Of a stretch of DNA of 64,000 nucleotides, positions 25,198 through 37,661 are shown in pieces (within the stretch, counting starts at the first letter, position 1; each line of letters begins with the position of its first letter). A model generated the notes under the pieces. It worked only from the letters and a program-made list of their open reading frames with translations, searched no databases and was not told where the DNA came from. A program made the position numbers and the translations under genes. The stretch is from Vicugna vicugna (Eukaryota). The stretch is from assembly GCA_013265495.1 (NCBI GenBank), contig MU058198.1, positions 1,686,419-1,750,418 of the forward strand, read 5' to 3'.

Positions 25198-27030
25198 TTA
25201 AAAGAACCAATGTGCTGAATTTTGATTTTTTGCAGAGTAACCATTGAACTTCTTGCCCAAAAGGTTAACCTTTTGTTACTTGTATGTTGAAAAATAAATG
25301 TGAAGTGGGTATAATTTAAAATTGCTCAGGAGTGGTTCTCATAGGATTGCTTAACTGATATCCTTGAAATCATGTTCCGCTTCTTATAAATTGTCTTGAT
25401 CACTGTCAGTCTTAAAGGAGATAAAAGGAGAAATATTGGCCTGTTTGGCTTATTGAGGCTGATGCTTCTGAGCCAGACTCCCTCTCTGCCTCTGAATCCT
25501 GTGCTACAACTATTCCACAACAAGTAGCAGAGTCTGAATACCTATTTCTCAGTGAAGAGATGGAAAAAGATCCAAGATTTGTTCTTGATCTCCTTACCCT
25601 CCCATACTCCTCCCAGCCAAGGCACTCATACCCATTTTTTCACTAGGGCAAGGATTCTCAAGCTCTTTGTTCTCAGTATCTATTTACCTTCTTAAAAATT
25701 ATTGAGACTTCCAAAGAGTTTGTTTTTGTGATTTCTCTGTATTGATAATTACTCCAATGGAAATAACAACAGAAATTTGAAAACCATTTGTTTATTTAAA
25801 AAGAACAATATTGTCTGTTGATATAATGTGTTTTTATGAAAAGTAACTATTTTTCAATATAAAATGAAATGTGTGAGTGGCACTGTTTTATGTTTTGCAA
25901 ATACCTTTAATGTCTGCCTTATTAGACATCAGCCGTGTTCTCCTTTGTGCATCTGGGTTCATTCAGTTGTGATATGTAACTTTAGTCGAAGTATTTTAAG
26001 ACCCAGCCTCACAAATGTGTGGTTGAGAAAGAGAGGAAAGCTTTTTCAGACGATTATGAATGTTCTTTGATAGTACACCAAAAATCAATGAGTGGTAGTT
26101 TCTTAAAGGTTAATTGAAAGTGAACTTTTTATACTTTGTAATATTAAAATTCACTGGTCTATCTTGTACTTCTAATAGATCTTTACCCAGGATTTTGACT
26201 TCATGCTCTGGTCATTTGGAGAATATTGGTTCATTGAGTCATGCAGATCTTCCAAATATACTGTGAAAAATTCCTGTTCTTTCCTAGGACTGCCCTCACT
26301 TCCTACCCCAGCTGACCTCATTGGCTAGAATTTTGGCAGATGGCCACTCTAAGCTGGAAGGGAGGCTGGCAAATGGACTGTTCAACTATCTCAGCTTCTG
26401 TGGTATAAACCCCCAAGGAGAAGGGCCTTGGGACGTGGTTGGTCCGCCAAGCTCTGGTGTGTGCTGTAGTTTTCCACCGGAGGCATCAGTGTTAGCAAGG
26501 CTATTTGAAATTCAGAGAGAACCCATAGATTCTCCATTTCACTTCCCTCTGAAACCTACCATCACAGGGACTAAAAAGGACAGATCTGTTTCTCTTCCTT
26601 TTACTGCCTCTCTCCCTTCTGATGAAGATGTGAAGAAATGGGCAGTTAATTGGAATTTGAAGACACGGGTCTGAATCCCAGCTATGCCATTTTTTTGACT
26701 ATGTGATCTTGAACAAACTATTCAGAGTCTCTGTTCTCGGTTCTCGTTCATTGGTAAACTGGGGCTACGCCTTGCTCTGCCTTTCTCACTGGATTGTTGT
26801 GAGGACACAGACAATTGGGGAAAAGGCAATATCCAAAATAGAACAGGGGGAAGAGATTGTAACCCCTCCTCTTAATGCAGTCATTTTAGCGTAGCCCCAA
26901 ATCTGGTGTGGTTGCAAGAAGCAGCCAAAAGTAAACCAACAAAGAATGTCACATATTCAGCCATCCACTCTCTCAACATTTCTCTTTAAAGAGGGCTTAG
27001 AGCTAACCATTTCTTATTGTTACCAAACAG

Positions 27031-27112
27031 GCTGTTGACACAACACAACTCCAGTGGCAACTGTCAGCTGGCCATGAAGTCTGCAGACTTGGAGGGGCTT
27101 TTCCGGGAATAA
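27031..27112 (+). CDS. LDAF1: LDAF1 last coding exon (LLTQHNSSGNCQLAMKSADLEGLFRE*)
   Basis: aaacag acceptor, TAA at 27110-27112; similar to human PLTQQNTSCDFLPAMKSAEFEGLYQE. Confidence 0.93.
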
Positions 27113-27949
27113 CCAGCTGAACAGAAACGAAGCCTTTTCCCAAGCACCTCTGGAAAGCTGCTGGATCACTCTCACCCCTTGGGATCACGGCTCAGGAGGG
27201 GCTGGGTGGTCGAGCACTTCCCGGAGATGTCCTCTAGCTCTTTCACTGATTTGTAGGGTCTTGCAGTGGACAGTTTTGGGGATCTTGTTGCTCTTGTGTG
27301 AGTCCCATCAGCTGACCCACCCTCACATGGAGAATCAGCAGAGAACTATGATGGCTCAGCGGCTCCTCCCGCCTCTCGTCTCCTCCTCCCCAAAGATGCA
27401 GACCTGACCGGGGCAGGATCCTGAGCCTCCAGAGGCCAGCAGCTTGACCCCAGAGACTCAGATCTTGTATCGAGAACTCAGTTTGGGACAACTAGATTGT
27501 TTTTCCTTTTCCTTCCTCCCTTCCTTCCTTCCCTTCCTTCCCTTTCCTTTCTTTCTTCTTATTTCTTCACTCATTTGAAACAAGATGTGGGGAAAAACAA
27601 TCCAAAACAGAACAAGCTTTTCTGCCTTACTAGCTTTTTATCAGAAAGACCAACAGCATTTGGGAATAACGGCCTCTCAGACAAAGTTGGAAAATAGAGT
27701 CCGAACTTAACTTTATGGCCAAGAGCATTTTTTCCCTAAATTTAAAAGTATGGTTTCCACTGTTGAGCACTATTGAGTACTGCTCTTACCCTTTAAAATA
27801 TTTGCACTTGATATTTCTGTATATAGTTTTAAGGAACTTATCTTGTTAAGCCATTTCTTCAAAAGTCCTATGAAAATGCTAAAGGACTACACAGATTTTT
27901 AAAGTCCTGTGGGGTTTCTACTTTAGTGGTTTATTTGCTGTGGTATTTT

Positions 27950-27955
27950 ATTAAA
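27950..27955 (+). terminator. Probable LDAF1 polyadenylation signal ATTAAA
   Basis: ATTAAA ~840 nt after the stop, with T-rich downstream sequence. Confidence 0.5.
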
Positions 27956-28919
27956 TATTTATTTGGATGAGCTTTTTTTCTATACTCTTTACTTCCCCCC
28001 TGCCCCCACTCCAGACATCAGATTCATTTATTCCTTCTGTGTCAATTTCACAGCAGATCCTGGGTAATAAGGCTTTTTTAGTTGCTGGTGATAGAACTTA
28101 AAATAGCTTTAAAAAAAAATAGAGGTAGAGAGGGAGGGATTCATTTCACTGAACTATAAAACCAAGAGGTAGATCTCTGGGCACTGCTGGATCCAGGGGC
28201 TCAAGTGGTGTCATGAGGCATTTCTCACCATTGCTTTTCTCAGTGTGAGCTTTTTCCGGCTGGCCCTCCCCACGTGGAGGTCACTGCAGCAGCTCTAATT
28301 TTACATCAGCCTATTTCAGGAAGCTGCTGTCTTCCAACAGTACATTCGGAATTTCTGGGTTTGGCTCTGATTGGCCAGACTTGGGTCATGTGAACAGCCC
28401 CAAACCAATCACAGTGGCCAGGGGGATGGAATGTGCTGATTGGTCAGGGCTGGGACATGTGTACATTGGGGAACCAGGGGAGGGGATGGGTCAGTCCCAC
28501 TGGTCCTGCATAGCTGGGGGTGCAGGAGCACATGGAGATGGGGGGAGGGTCCCAAAGGAACGTCACAAGAAAAGGAAATACGTGCTGGGCAGACAAAAGC
28601 AAATACCTGCTATTTGCTACAGGAGAACATAAAGGCCTTAACCGGGTACTCAAACTTTCCGCATCCCGTGACAGTTAGCCACACCTGTCACCAAGCTGTC
28701 CTTCACCTATTAGAGAACAAGAGCTGCCCATTCCTGCCAATACATGTGGGTATTAATATTAACAGTTACTGTTTAGTGACTGTTTCTTTCTTACGTGCAC
28801 ATGTCTGCTGTTAGCCGTCTATGCTAAATACACTGCTGAGTTCTGAGGCTTCAATAATGAAGAATGAAAAGCCCCCGGACCTGAAGTTTACTTTCTCATG
28901 CAGGAGTCACTTAACAAGT

Positions 28920-29406
28920 GTGTTAGTTTTCTATTGTTGCATAACAGTTTACAAAGCACATGTTTGTTACCCTATATTTTCGGAGTGTTAGGACACAGGC
29001 CTGGCTTAGCTGAGTCCTTTACAAGATTGCAGTCACTTTGCTGCCAGGGCTGGGTTCTCCCCGGAGTCTAAGCCAGGGGAAGATCCACATTTAAGCTCAC
29101 ATGGTCACTGGCAGCATCCATTTCCTTGCAGGATTTGGGACTGAGGCCCTCAGTCCCTCTAATACAGCAACTCAAAGCTGGGCAGCTTGCTTCTTCAGAG
29201 CCACCAAGGGGGAGGATCTCTTAGCAAGATGGACATTACATTCGTATAACACATAATCACGTATGCATAATCACATACATCCTGTCACTTTCACCCTATT
29301 CTGTGGGTTAGAAGCATCAGGTCCCACTCAGGAGGAGGGGATCACACAGGGGAATGTGTACCACAGGTGGGGATCATGGGCTCCACCTTGAAATATACCT
29401 GCTACA
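28920..29406 (-). mobile_element. MaLR solo LTR (MLT1-type)
   Basis: TGTTAGTTTTCTATTG.TGCATAACA start and typical MLT internal motifs. Confidence 0.65.
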
Positions 29407-29904
29407 ATAAGTAAGCAAAATATTAGATTATGACAAGTGCATTGAAGACAGTAGAAGGATGATAAATAACTGGCAGGCCACCTCATCCACAGCAACACAG
29501 AAGCCCCGAGACTGGGAGGAGCTTAGTGTGTTTAAGGAAAAGAAATGGTATCAGTGCGACTGGGCTGGGTGAGCAAAGGGTAAATGGAGGAGAGACAGGA
29601 GGCCATCATGCAGGACCTCATAGGGTAAGACGCTTACACAAAGAGCAAAGGAAAGACAACGAAGAATTTTACACTTTATGTTAAGAGGGATGTAATTAGA
29701 CTTAGATTTTTAAAGATCACTTGTGGCCAATGGATTAGGAGTCAAAAGGCCAGTTAGGAGGTCTGCAGAGGTCCAGAGCAGAGGCTGGTGTGACTCACTA
29801 GGGTGGAGGTAAGGGACACCTTCCTTATTTGGAGGGCCAGCAGCATTTGGTGATGGATGACTGTATGTGGGTAGTGACAGAAAGGGGGACACAAGGATGG
29901 CACC

Positions 29905-30355
29905 TAAATTTTTTTAAATTGAAGTATAGTCAGTTACAATGTGTTAATTTCTGGTGTACAGCAAAATGTTATCAGTCATGCATATATATATATGTGTATG
30001 TGTTATATATACATAGATTCTTTTTCATATACTTTTTCATTAAAGGTTATTACAAGATATTGAATATAGTTCCCTGTGCTATACAGAAGAAATTTATTTT
30101 TTTAATCTATTTCTACATATAGTGGTTATCATTTGCATATTTCAAACTCCCAAATTTATCCTTCCCACCCCCTTTCCCCCAGTAACCATAAGATTGTTTA
30201 CTATGCCTGCGAATCTGTTTCTATTTTATTTTTTTTTTTTTAGATTCCACATATGAGTGATATCATATGGTATTTCTCTTTCTGGCTTACTTCCCTTAAA
30301 ATGATGATCTCCAGATCCATCCATGTTGCCGCAAATGGCAGTATTTTATTCTTCA
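29905..30355 (-). mobile_element. L1 3' fragment
   Basis: TTGAAGTATAGTCAGTTACAAT...TAGATTCCACATATGAGTGATATCATATGG. Confidence 0.8.
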
Positions 30356-31940
30356 ATTTGAGTCTGTGAGGTAAGTGACACTATTTCCTGAGGTGCGGGC
30401 TGGATGAATATTCAAAATCTGCTTTGCTCATATTAAGTCAGATATGCCTTTTTGACACCAGGAGGATGTGTGAAGTGGACATTGGCGTAGAGAGTAGGTC
30501 TGGGCTGGAGTTATAAAATTTGGGAGTATTTTCACTGCTAAGAGCTTTAAAGAGCCTTCTTGTGGCATGCTCTCCTGACAGTAGTCAAGAGATCATTGTA
30601 AAACATTTCTGATCATGTGAACATCCTTGCTTCAAACTCTGCAAAGTGCAAGGTGCTTTCCCACAGCACTTAAACATGCTAACTCCTTCCTTTCATGGAT
30701 GAGACCCATCACAACAAGCTGCCCCCGCTGGCTTCTCATTTTTCATATTCCATTAGCCTTGGAATTTTCGAGGTGAAACCAAGGTTCAGAGCTGAAATGA
30801 TTTATCAGTTCTGCCAAGAAACCTGACATCTAAATCAAAGCTTGCAATTCAGGTTCTGTCTGTCACGCTGCCTGCAGCCTAAGGACTTTGCTGGTCAAAC
30901 GACGTAAAATAATGTACAGAACCCAGCATAGTGCGTGCCACAGAATAAGCCTGTAAAGAATAGTCAAAATGAACATTCATCATCACTGAAAACGGAGGGA
31001 ACAGGAACTTGTAAAAAAATCCTACTGTTTGCCAAGTTTGGAGTAACATTAGGACTCCCTGGTCATTCAAAAGTGGAGATGTAAGATTAACCATGGGGAA
31101 TATAGTCAATAATACTGAATTAGCTTTGTATGGTGACAGTTGGTAACTGGACTTATTGTGATGACCATTTCATAGCGTACGTAGACTTGAATCATGGATG
31201 TGCACCTGAAACTAATATACTATTATTTGTCAATACTTCGGTTAAAAAAAAGTATTGTTGGCCTTTTAGGCACAGTCCAATGTGTGGCTTATTTGGAAAG
31301 GTAATTGATCCTTAAAATATGAAGACTGTGACTTAGTACAGTCAGAACGTTAATTCATCCGTATGATGGTAAGTGTTTGTTTTTGCCTTGTGTTAGGTGC
31401 CATCTTAAGTCCTCTACTTGAATCCACGTTTTCAGTCAGTCCTCACTACCACCCACTTTAGAGGTGAGGCTGAAAGATCGAGGGCTGAAATTGCCTAAGT
31501 GCGTGCAGAAGCAGACATGGGATTCAAGCCCAGCTTGCCTGACTGAGAAACCCACCCATGTAACCAGTGAGCTGTTAAACGTTAACACCTCCACCTGCCT
31601 TTAAGGCATGAGCCCGGACCCATGTCCCAGTAAGCGTTGTCTGCGACTGTTGCCATAACTTTTGTTGCTGTATCAAGTAACCCTGGGGGATCAGCATTTT
31701 CATAAAACAGAGTGTGAACGGTGGGGTCCACTTAGAGTTGTGCACGTAGAAGTACCGTTTCAACCACCTCCTCTGCGTGGCTTCTGTTGTCTGCTCCACA
31801 CAGCACAGGAGATTCAGCCTGGTGGGACATGATCAGGTGTGAGTTGTCACAAGGTTGAGAATGGCTTACCGTACGGTACTTCACTTATATGCTGCTGTTT
31901 CCTCGAGTGGGAGGTAAAAGCTAGAAAGTGCTGAATTTCT

Positions 31941-31959
31941 CAGCCAGTAGAGGGCACTC
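31941..31959 (+). promoter_or_regulatory. Candidate CTCF site
   Basis: CAGCCAGTAGAGGGCACTC fits CCASYAGRKGGCRS. Confidence 0.6.
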
Positions 31960-32346
31960 ACATCCAGGCGATCTGAAGGTGGCCCAGCTGAGAAGCCACA
32001 GACAGCACTGGGAGCAGGAAGAAGCTTTAGAGTGTGCTTCTTAAGATACTAACTACTATATATAAAACAGATAAATGATAAGTTCATACTGTGTAGCACA
32101 GGGAACTCTATTCAATATCTTGCAGTGACCTATAATGAAAAAATATGAAAACGAGTATGTGTATGTGTATGTATGACTGGGACATTATGCTGTACACCAG
32201 AAATTGACACAACGTTGTAAACTGACTATACTTCAATTAAAAAAAAAAGTTAATGTGCATGCCTACAAGGGATTAAAAGGCAAATTCTGAGCCTGTAGGT
32301 CTGGAGCAGGACTTGAGTTTCTGCATGACTTGGCTCCTGGTGAAGC

Positions 32347-32980
32347 TGTTACCGAACTAGTTTTGTTTGCCTGACAAGCGCCGAGGTTTGCAGCAGAGAA
32401 AGGGTTTATTCACAAGGCAGTCAAGCGAGGAAACAGGAGAACAAGATTCAGGTCCGCCTCCTGGAAGGTGAGAGGCTTGGGATGTTTATGGGTGGAGAGT
32501 GTAAGGTGGTCAGAGGTGCAGGGGAAGGTGATTGCAGGCAGGAAAAAGGCGAGGTAATTGCTGTTCTGCACAGACGTATCTGAGTTACATGCTTCTTCAT
32601 GGGACACACGTTCAGAAAATGGCAGAATTTGCATAATCTAAGGGTGCAGTTTTTGACCTCTGACGTCAAAATGTCACCCATCAGACGTTAGTGTAGGCCC
32701 AGTTTTATGGCTGGTGGTCTCAACCGGTTTGAACTGGGCAAGACTAGCTCCATGTTCCTTAAAAACAACCTAAGCAACCGTTACTATAGCGACTCATACA
32801 TCAGAGGTGTTATCTATAGGGGGCAGTTAAAGGAGTCTTATATATATATTGTTCAAGCTACGTGAAGTTTGGAGGGTATGCAATTTGTAAAGCAGTTAAA
32901 GCAAGCGTGGTCAGTGAAGGCAGTTTACAGGATATTATTTATTAAGCAAGTTATAGTTATGATGACTGCCCTCGGTTTTA
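32347..32980 (-). mobile_element. ERV1-type solo LTR inside a MER5-like element
   Basis: TGTTACCGAA start, reversed AATAAA (32404-32409), degenerate 4-bp TSD aagc/gagc. Confidence 0.65.
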
Positions 32981-33976
32981 GAGCCTTCCACAGACCACAC
33001 CTTGAGTAGCAAGGTAATAGATGCTCTCTCTAGTCCTCTCTTTCTACAGCTGGTACACTCGAGGCCCAGAGAAGGGGTGCACACTGTACGTCTGCAGTGC
33101 CAGGAATAGAATCCATGTCTCTTGCATCCAGCGCTTGCTTTATGACATCTTCCCTTCTCCTTTGACCCTGGAACTGAACTAAAGCAGGAGAATCCATCTC
33201 TGCATATGGGTGAGAAGTGACTGTGCTGTCTGCTTTGAATCAAGCTTCTTTGGACTACATTTTTGGACAAATCACTTTCTTCACAGAAGTACCAGTGGGA
33301 ATTCAAAGATGAACGAACCAGACTTTGGTTCTTTTGGGCCTTGAGGGAGCCAAAGCAAAATAAATTTGTTAACAAAAGGTATTCTCATTCTTGGCTTGTA
33401 ACAATTTGGTTATTAATCCAAAGGAAAGCTTACATATAACATGGTGTGTTCTGTAGATGCAAATGATAGTCATGAACTTTCTCCTAAAAATAAGGGTTCT
33501 TTGAGCCTGAATGTTCTTGAATGCTTTTACCTACTAGAAACAAAATGTCTCCCCTGAAAAATAAGAACCCTTAACTTCTCACTAAACATGAAATCCAGAT
33601 CTAAGTGGTTCTAGGGTTGAGTTAAAAAACACAACAATGTAATCGGGGATCTAGTCTTTCTGTGTTTTTACTCCACTGCTCTGAAAGAGCATCCTCAGGT
33701 TTGTTTCCTCATGGTCACAAGAAGGCTGCCAATGCTGAAGGAATCACAGTGTCACATAACCATATCCAAAAGCAGGGAGAAAAGGGGCTAGCTTTATATA
33801 ACTTTTTTTGAAATGAGGAAAAAGACAGAAGTCCCCTCCCAATTTCCTCCTAAATCTCATTGAACAGAACAGTATCATGTACCCACCACTAAACAAATAT
33901 CTGCAAGGGGAATTGAGGCTTTATCTTGATTATTTAGTCCAATCAGGATATGTGCCGTAGGGGTATGCTATGCCAT

Positions 33977-34478
33977 TGATGAACAAAATGTCAATTGAAA
34001 AAAATATACAATCTAGTGCTCGCTTCGGCAGCACATATACTAAAATATACAATCTAAACATTGAGATATGCTTTATCCAAGGACATTAGTGGGACTGTAG
34101 CCTGGAAACAGCCTCTCAGACAGCTTTGAGGAACTGTAGCAAAGAGGTCAGGGAGGAGCCAGGTTATACTGGCATTTTTGTGAAAAAACAAAAACAAACG
34201 TGTAGTTGAACATCACAAGATTACGGCCAGTCACAAAAACAGACATCTCAAGTTAATCATTTTAGTGCTTTTCTATGTGTGGGAAGATGCTTGAGTCTGC
34301 GCTCTCTGAGACCATTCCTTTGATATGCATCTTAACTATCGAGGGCCAGTTTCCTGTTTTTCTCCATCCTGAATTCTCCTCAGGGCACACCATCAGGGGC
34401 AGCTGCAGGAGCTGAGAGCTTGATGACTGGTAAAATTCTTTGTTTACTGAAATGGTGGGCAACATTCTTTGTCTACAC
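33977..34478 (-). mobile_element. ERV-type LTR hosting the U6 insertion
   Basis: LTR-like motifs (CAGCCTCTCAGACAGCT..GAGGAACTG, CTTTGATATGCATCTTAACTAT) ending TTTGTCTACA. Confidence 0.6.
34016..34046 (+). pseudogene. 3'-truncated U6 snRNA retrocopy (first 31 nt)
   Basis: GTGCTCGCTTCGGCAGCACATATACTAAAAT is the U6 5' end; flanked by 15-bp direct repeat AAAATATACAATCTA (34001-34015, 34042-34056). Confidence 0.92.
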
Positions 34479-34544
34479 AGTCTTTGTCTTTGTCTAGCCC
34501 TGTGGGTCTTACCCAGGGGTGTATGTCAGAGCATCTGAGGAGCT

Positions 34545-35034
34545 TGTATTAGTTCCCTCTTTCTGCTGAAACAAATTGCCACAAGCTCACTGGCTTAAAA
34601 ATAACACAGATTTATTCTCTTGGAATTCTGGAGGTCTCTTACAGTTTCCCTGGGCTAAAGTCAGGGCATTAGTAGGGCTGGCTCCTTCTGCAGGCTCTAG
34701 GGGAGGATCTGTTTCCTTGACTTTTTCAGCTTCTCATGTCCAGCCTGTACTCCTTGGCTTGAAGCCCCTTCCTCCATCTTCAAAGTGCATCCCTCCAACC
34801 TCTGCCTCCATCATAATACCACCTTCTCCTCTCCAGTTAAATCTCACCCTGTCTTCCTCTTATAAGGGTACTTGTGATTACATTTAGGTCCACCTGGATA
34901 ATCCAGATAATTTCCCCATCCAAGATCCTTAAATTAATGATGTGTGCAAAGTCTCTTTTGCCATGGAAGGTAACATTCACAGGTTACTGGGATTAGGACA
35001 TGGGTATTTGGGGGCCATTATTCAGCTTCCTGTA
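34545..35034 (-). mobile_element. MaLR solo LTR (MLT1-type)
   Basis: TGTATTAGTT...GGCTCTAGGGGAGGATCTG...CAAAGTC.CTTTTGCCAT...GGGGCCATTATTCAG. Confidence 0.75.
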
Positions 35035-36069
35035 GAGCCTAAACATGCTTTGACCTCATTCCTTAAAGATTCTTAAAGATAAAGGTGAGATCAGGACACT
35101 GTATATTTTACAAAATATGTGCACGATTAAGAACCTCTCACCTAGCACAGAGTTTTATTCAACCTTCAGTGACTGATAGAATGAGGTTTGGTTTAGATGG
35201 CTCCATTGCTGCCTGAGCAGCAAATATGCCAACATGTGGACGATCTCACTGAACCCTTACATGCTTCCAAGGTAGGTTTTATTCTCATTTTATACACGTG
35301 GAAAAAGGCTCTGAGATTCTTCCATCTGTCCAAGGACACGCAGTAAGGGAGACAGACCCAGAACCCAAGCTTTTGTTCTAGAGCCCTCCATATTCAAATA
35401 GAACTGCTTAATGCAGTAGAACGGGGTAGGGAAGAAAATTCAACATTTGGGGGGATTTCCTGAGGCACAGAAGCCCATCCCCAGCCCCTACAAACTGCAC
35501 CATCAGAGCTATCCAGTAGCATATTAGAATCCCAAATGCCTTTCATCTATCTCCTGGCACCTGAGTTAAGGTACCTGATGAGGGAGACTACAAACACAAG
35601 TTTGGATGAGGGAGCAGCTTCTTGGCATTTGAGCCCCGTCTCTGCCCACACAGCTCCTCTCTGCTGACTGGGCTGCCTCCCCCACATACAGTAGGATGTG
35701 TACCTTCAGGAGTTGAGAACACGACTCTGACAGCCTCTCATTGTGCTTGCTCCAGGCTACCATGGCAACAGGTGTTCATTCCAGCAGCTGCTCCACAGCC
35801 AGCCTGGCTTTCCTCTCTCAAAGTTCTGCCTCAGCATTTGCAAACACAACAGAACCAACCTGCCAGGGGACAGCCTCGAGGCCCAGGTCACCTTAGTATT
35901 GACCTCTGACTCTACACTAACAGAGCAACTTTCAAATAAGAAGCTCCAGCTCCACAATCAAGATACTGGCATCTTGGACCAGCTGTGCTTGGGCTCAAGT
36001 CTCTCATCTGTAAAATGTGCACGTCCAGCAAAGTGTCTTTCCAAGTTGGGGGTAGTGACTCGTTAGGAG

Positions 36070-36480
36070 GTATATGAACTTCCTATTGCTGCTGTAACAA
36101 GTTAATACAAACTTAGTGGCTTAGAATAAGTTATTTTACATCTCTGGAATTCAGACGTCCAAAACGGGGCAGCAGAGCTGTGTTCTTCTGGAGGCTCGAG
36201 GGGAGAAGCCATTTCTTTGCCATTCCCGACCGCTGTAGGCTGCCCACGTTCCTTGGCCTGGGGACATCACTCCATCTTCTGCTTCCACTGGGACATCTTT
36301 TCTGATTCCACCACTTGTTTTATTGGGAGCCTTGTGATTGGGCCCACTTGGATAATCTCCCTGCATCAAGACACTTAACCCATCTGCAAAGTCCATTTGG
36401 GGCCATCAGTAGACAACAATATTAAGTTTTTGGTGATTAGGATGTGGATATGTTCCAAGTGGCCGTTATGCAGCCTACGA
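36070..36480 (-). mobile_element. MaLR solo LTR (MLT1-type)
   Basis: CCTATTGCTGCTGTAACAA...GGATAATCTCCC...GATTAGGATGTGGA motifs. Confidence 0.7.
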
Positions 36481-37254
36481 CCCGGGTCAGGAGGCCATTT
36501 AAGGGGCTGACATTTTTTTCAAATGCCATTGTAAGAAATGCAGCACATGTAATATTTCTGGTTCTGATGTGTAACACCATCATGGCATAGTCACAGAAAA
36601 AGTTTGAATCCAAGCCCATTCGTTTCCGCCAGGAATGTTTTACTTGCATTCCAGAAAGCTAGAATCTTATAGTATTCTTTCCTGCTTCCAGAGGAGATTG
36701 TTGGTCTTTAATTGGATTGGAAGTACACAAAAGAGAAACTAAATCCCTTAAATTCTTGGGGAAAGTTGTCTACTTATTTGAAAGAGTAATTTGGGTTAGG
36801 AAATACTATGATACCAGATGAACTTCCCTCTCTACAAGGGAAAGGAAACCGGGTATTCCCAAGGAAATAATGCCAATGATTAGGGATGAGTTCTTGCCCC
36901 CCTCATCTTGTAGGGGTGACTTTTTGTCCCCCTCATCTTGAATATATGTGAATAGAAGGGTGTAAAAGACATTAAAATCACTTAACGCACCCCCAGAAAA
37001 GGGCTGTCACTAAATCCTGTTATTGATCGACTTTACTGGCACTGCCAGTTTTAGCGGGTGGTGGTGAGAAAAAGCTGAGTGACAGGAATCAATTAAGTCA
37101 GAAACATGCTTATTCACATCCACGTAGACCAAAGCCTGCACAGGGGATTGTGGAAACGTACTATATTCTCTAAAGAAGAATGACTGCAAGAAACAGTCCT
37201 TGAACTCCATCTAACCTTAATGAGACAGAAAAGCAAGAGGCTTACTTCCACCAC

Positions 37255-37260
37255 TTTATT
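37255..37260 (-). terminator. ZP2 polyadenylation signal AATAAA
   Basis: AATAAA 11 nt after the stop codon (very short 3'UTR). Confidence 0.85.
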
Positions 37261-37271
37261 TGAAAACCCGA

Positions 37272-37417
37272 TTAGTGATTTAACATTATAGTTCTTTTCT
37301 TGCGCAGGTAACCGATGAAGCCGAGAGTTCCCACAACGCCTGCTAAGGCAACCCCAGCCACCACAGTTTTAAAGGCAACAAAACCAGCAGTCCCATGCCC
37401 TTTGGACTCCACAGCGC
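37272..37417 (-). CDS. ZP2: ZP2 last exon (GAVESKGHG...TM...[12 protein letters not shown])
   Basis: tttccag acceptor, transmembrane segment, TAA at 37272-37274. Confidence 0.96.
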
Positions 37418-37568
37418 CTGGAAAGGAAGCAGACATTCCAGTCTTAAGATCGTATTTAAATCGAGTGTAAGTTGAAGCTGAAACTTTACATGTAAGCTCC
37501 CCAGAGAAGGAAGTGAATTTAAACTTCAAAAGGACTCGTCTGGGATGCTTGCAACAGCATAGTCCTAC

Positions 37569-37661
37569 CCCTCCAGCCAAACCCCCCCTCTCCCGACCCC
37601 ACTCCCACAGCTGGCATTTCCTCCTTGCTTTTACTCCCCTCAAGATCAGATGGGCTGACAC
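37569..37661 (-). other. Latent/non-spliced homologue of the extra human ZP2 exon 18
   Basis: 93-nt open phase 1-1 segment [15 protein letters not shown]... resembling human GVGSSDLKASGSSGEK...; donor gtagga intact, acceptor CGG. Confidence 0.7.

Larger units (their letters stand above)
15947..27112 (+). other. LDAF1: LDAF1 (TMEM159/promethin) complete CDS span, 4 coding exons, 161 aa
   Basis: 96+169+139+82 = 486 nt, ATG to TAA, all GT-AG; same length as recalled human protein. Confidence 0.96.

Noticed and set aside
34016..34046. Functional U6 snRNA gene
   Set aside because: Only 31 nt, flanked by TSDs, inside an LTR, with no recognisable PSE or terminator
37272..37661. 129-aa ORF as an independent membrane protein
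   Set aside because: Its 3' part is the last ZP2 exon and the rest is intron read-through, in a different frame from the latent exon
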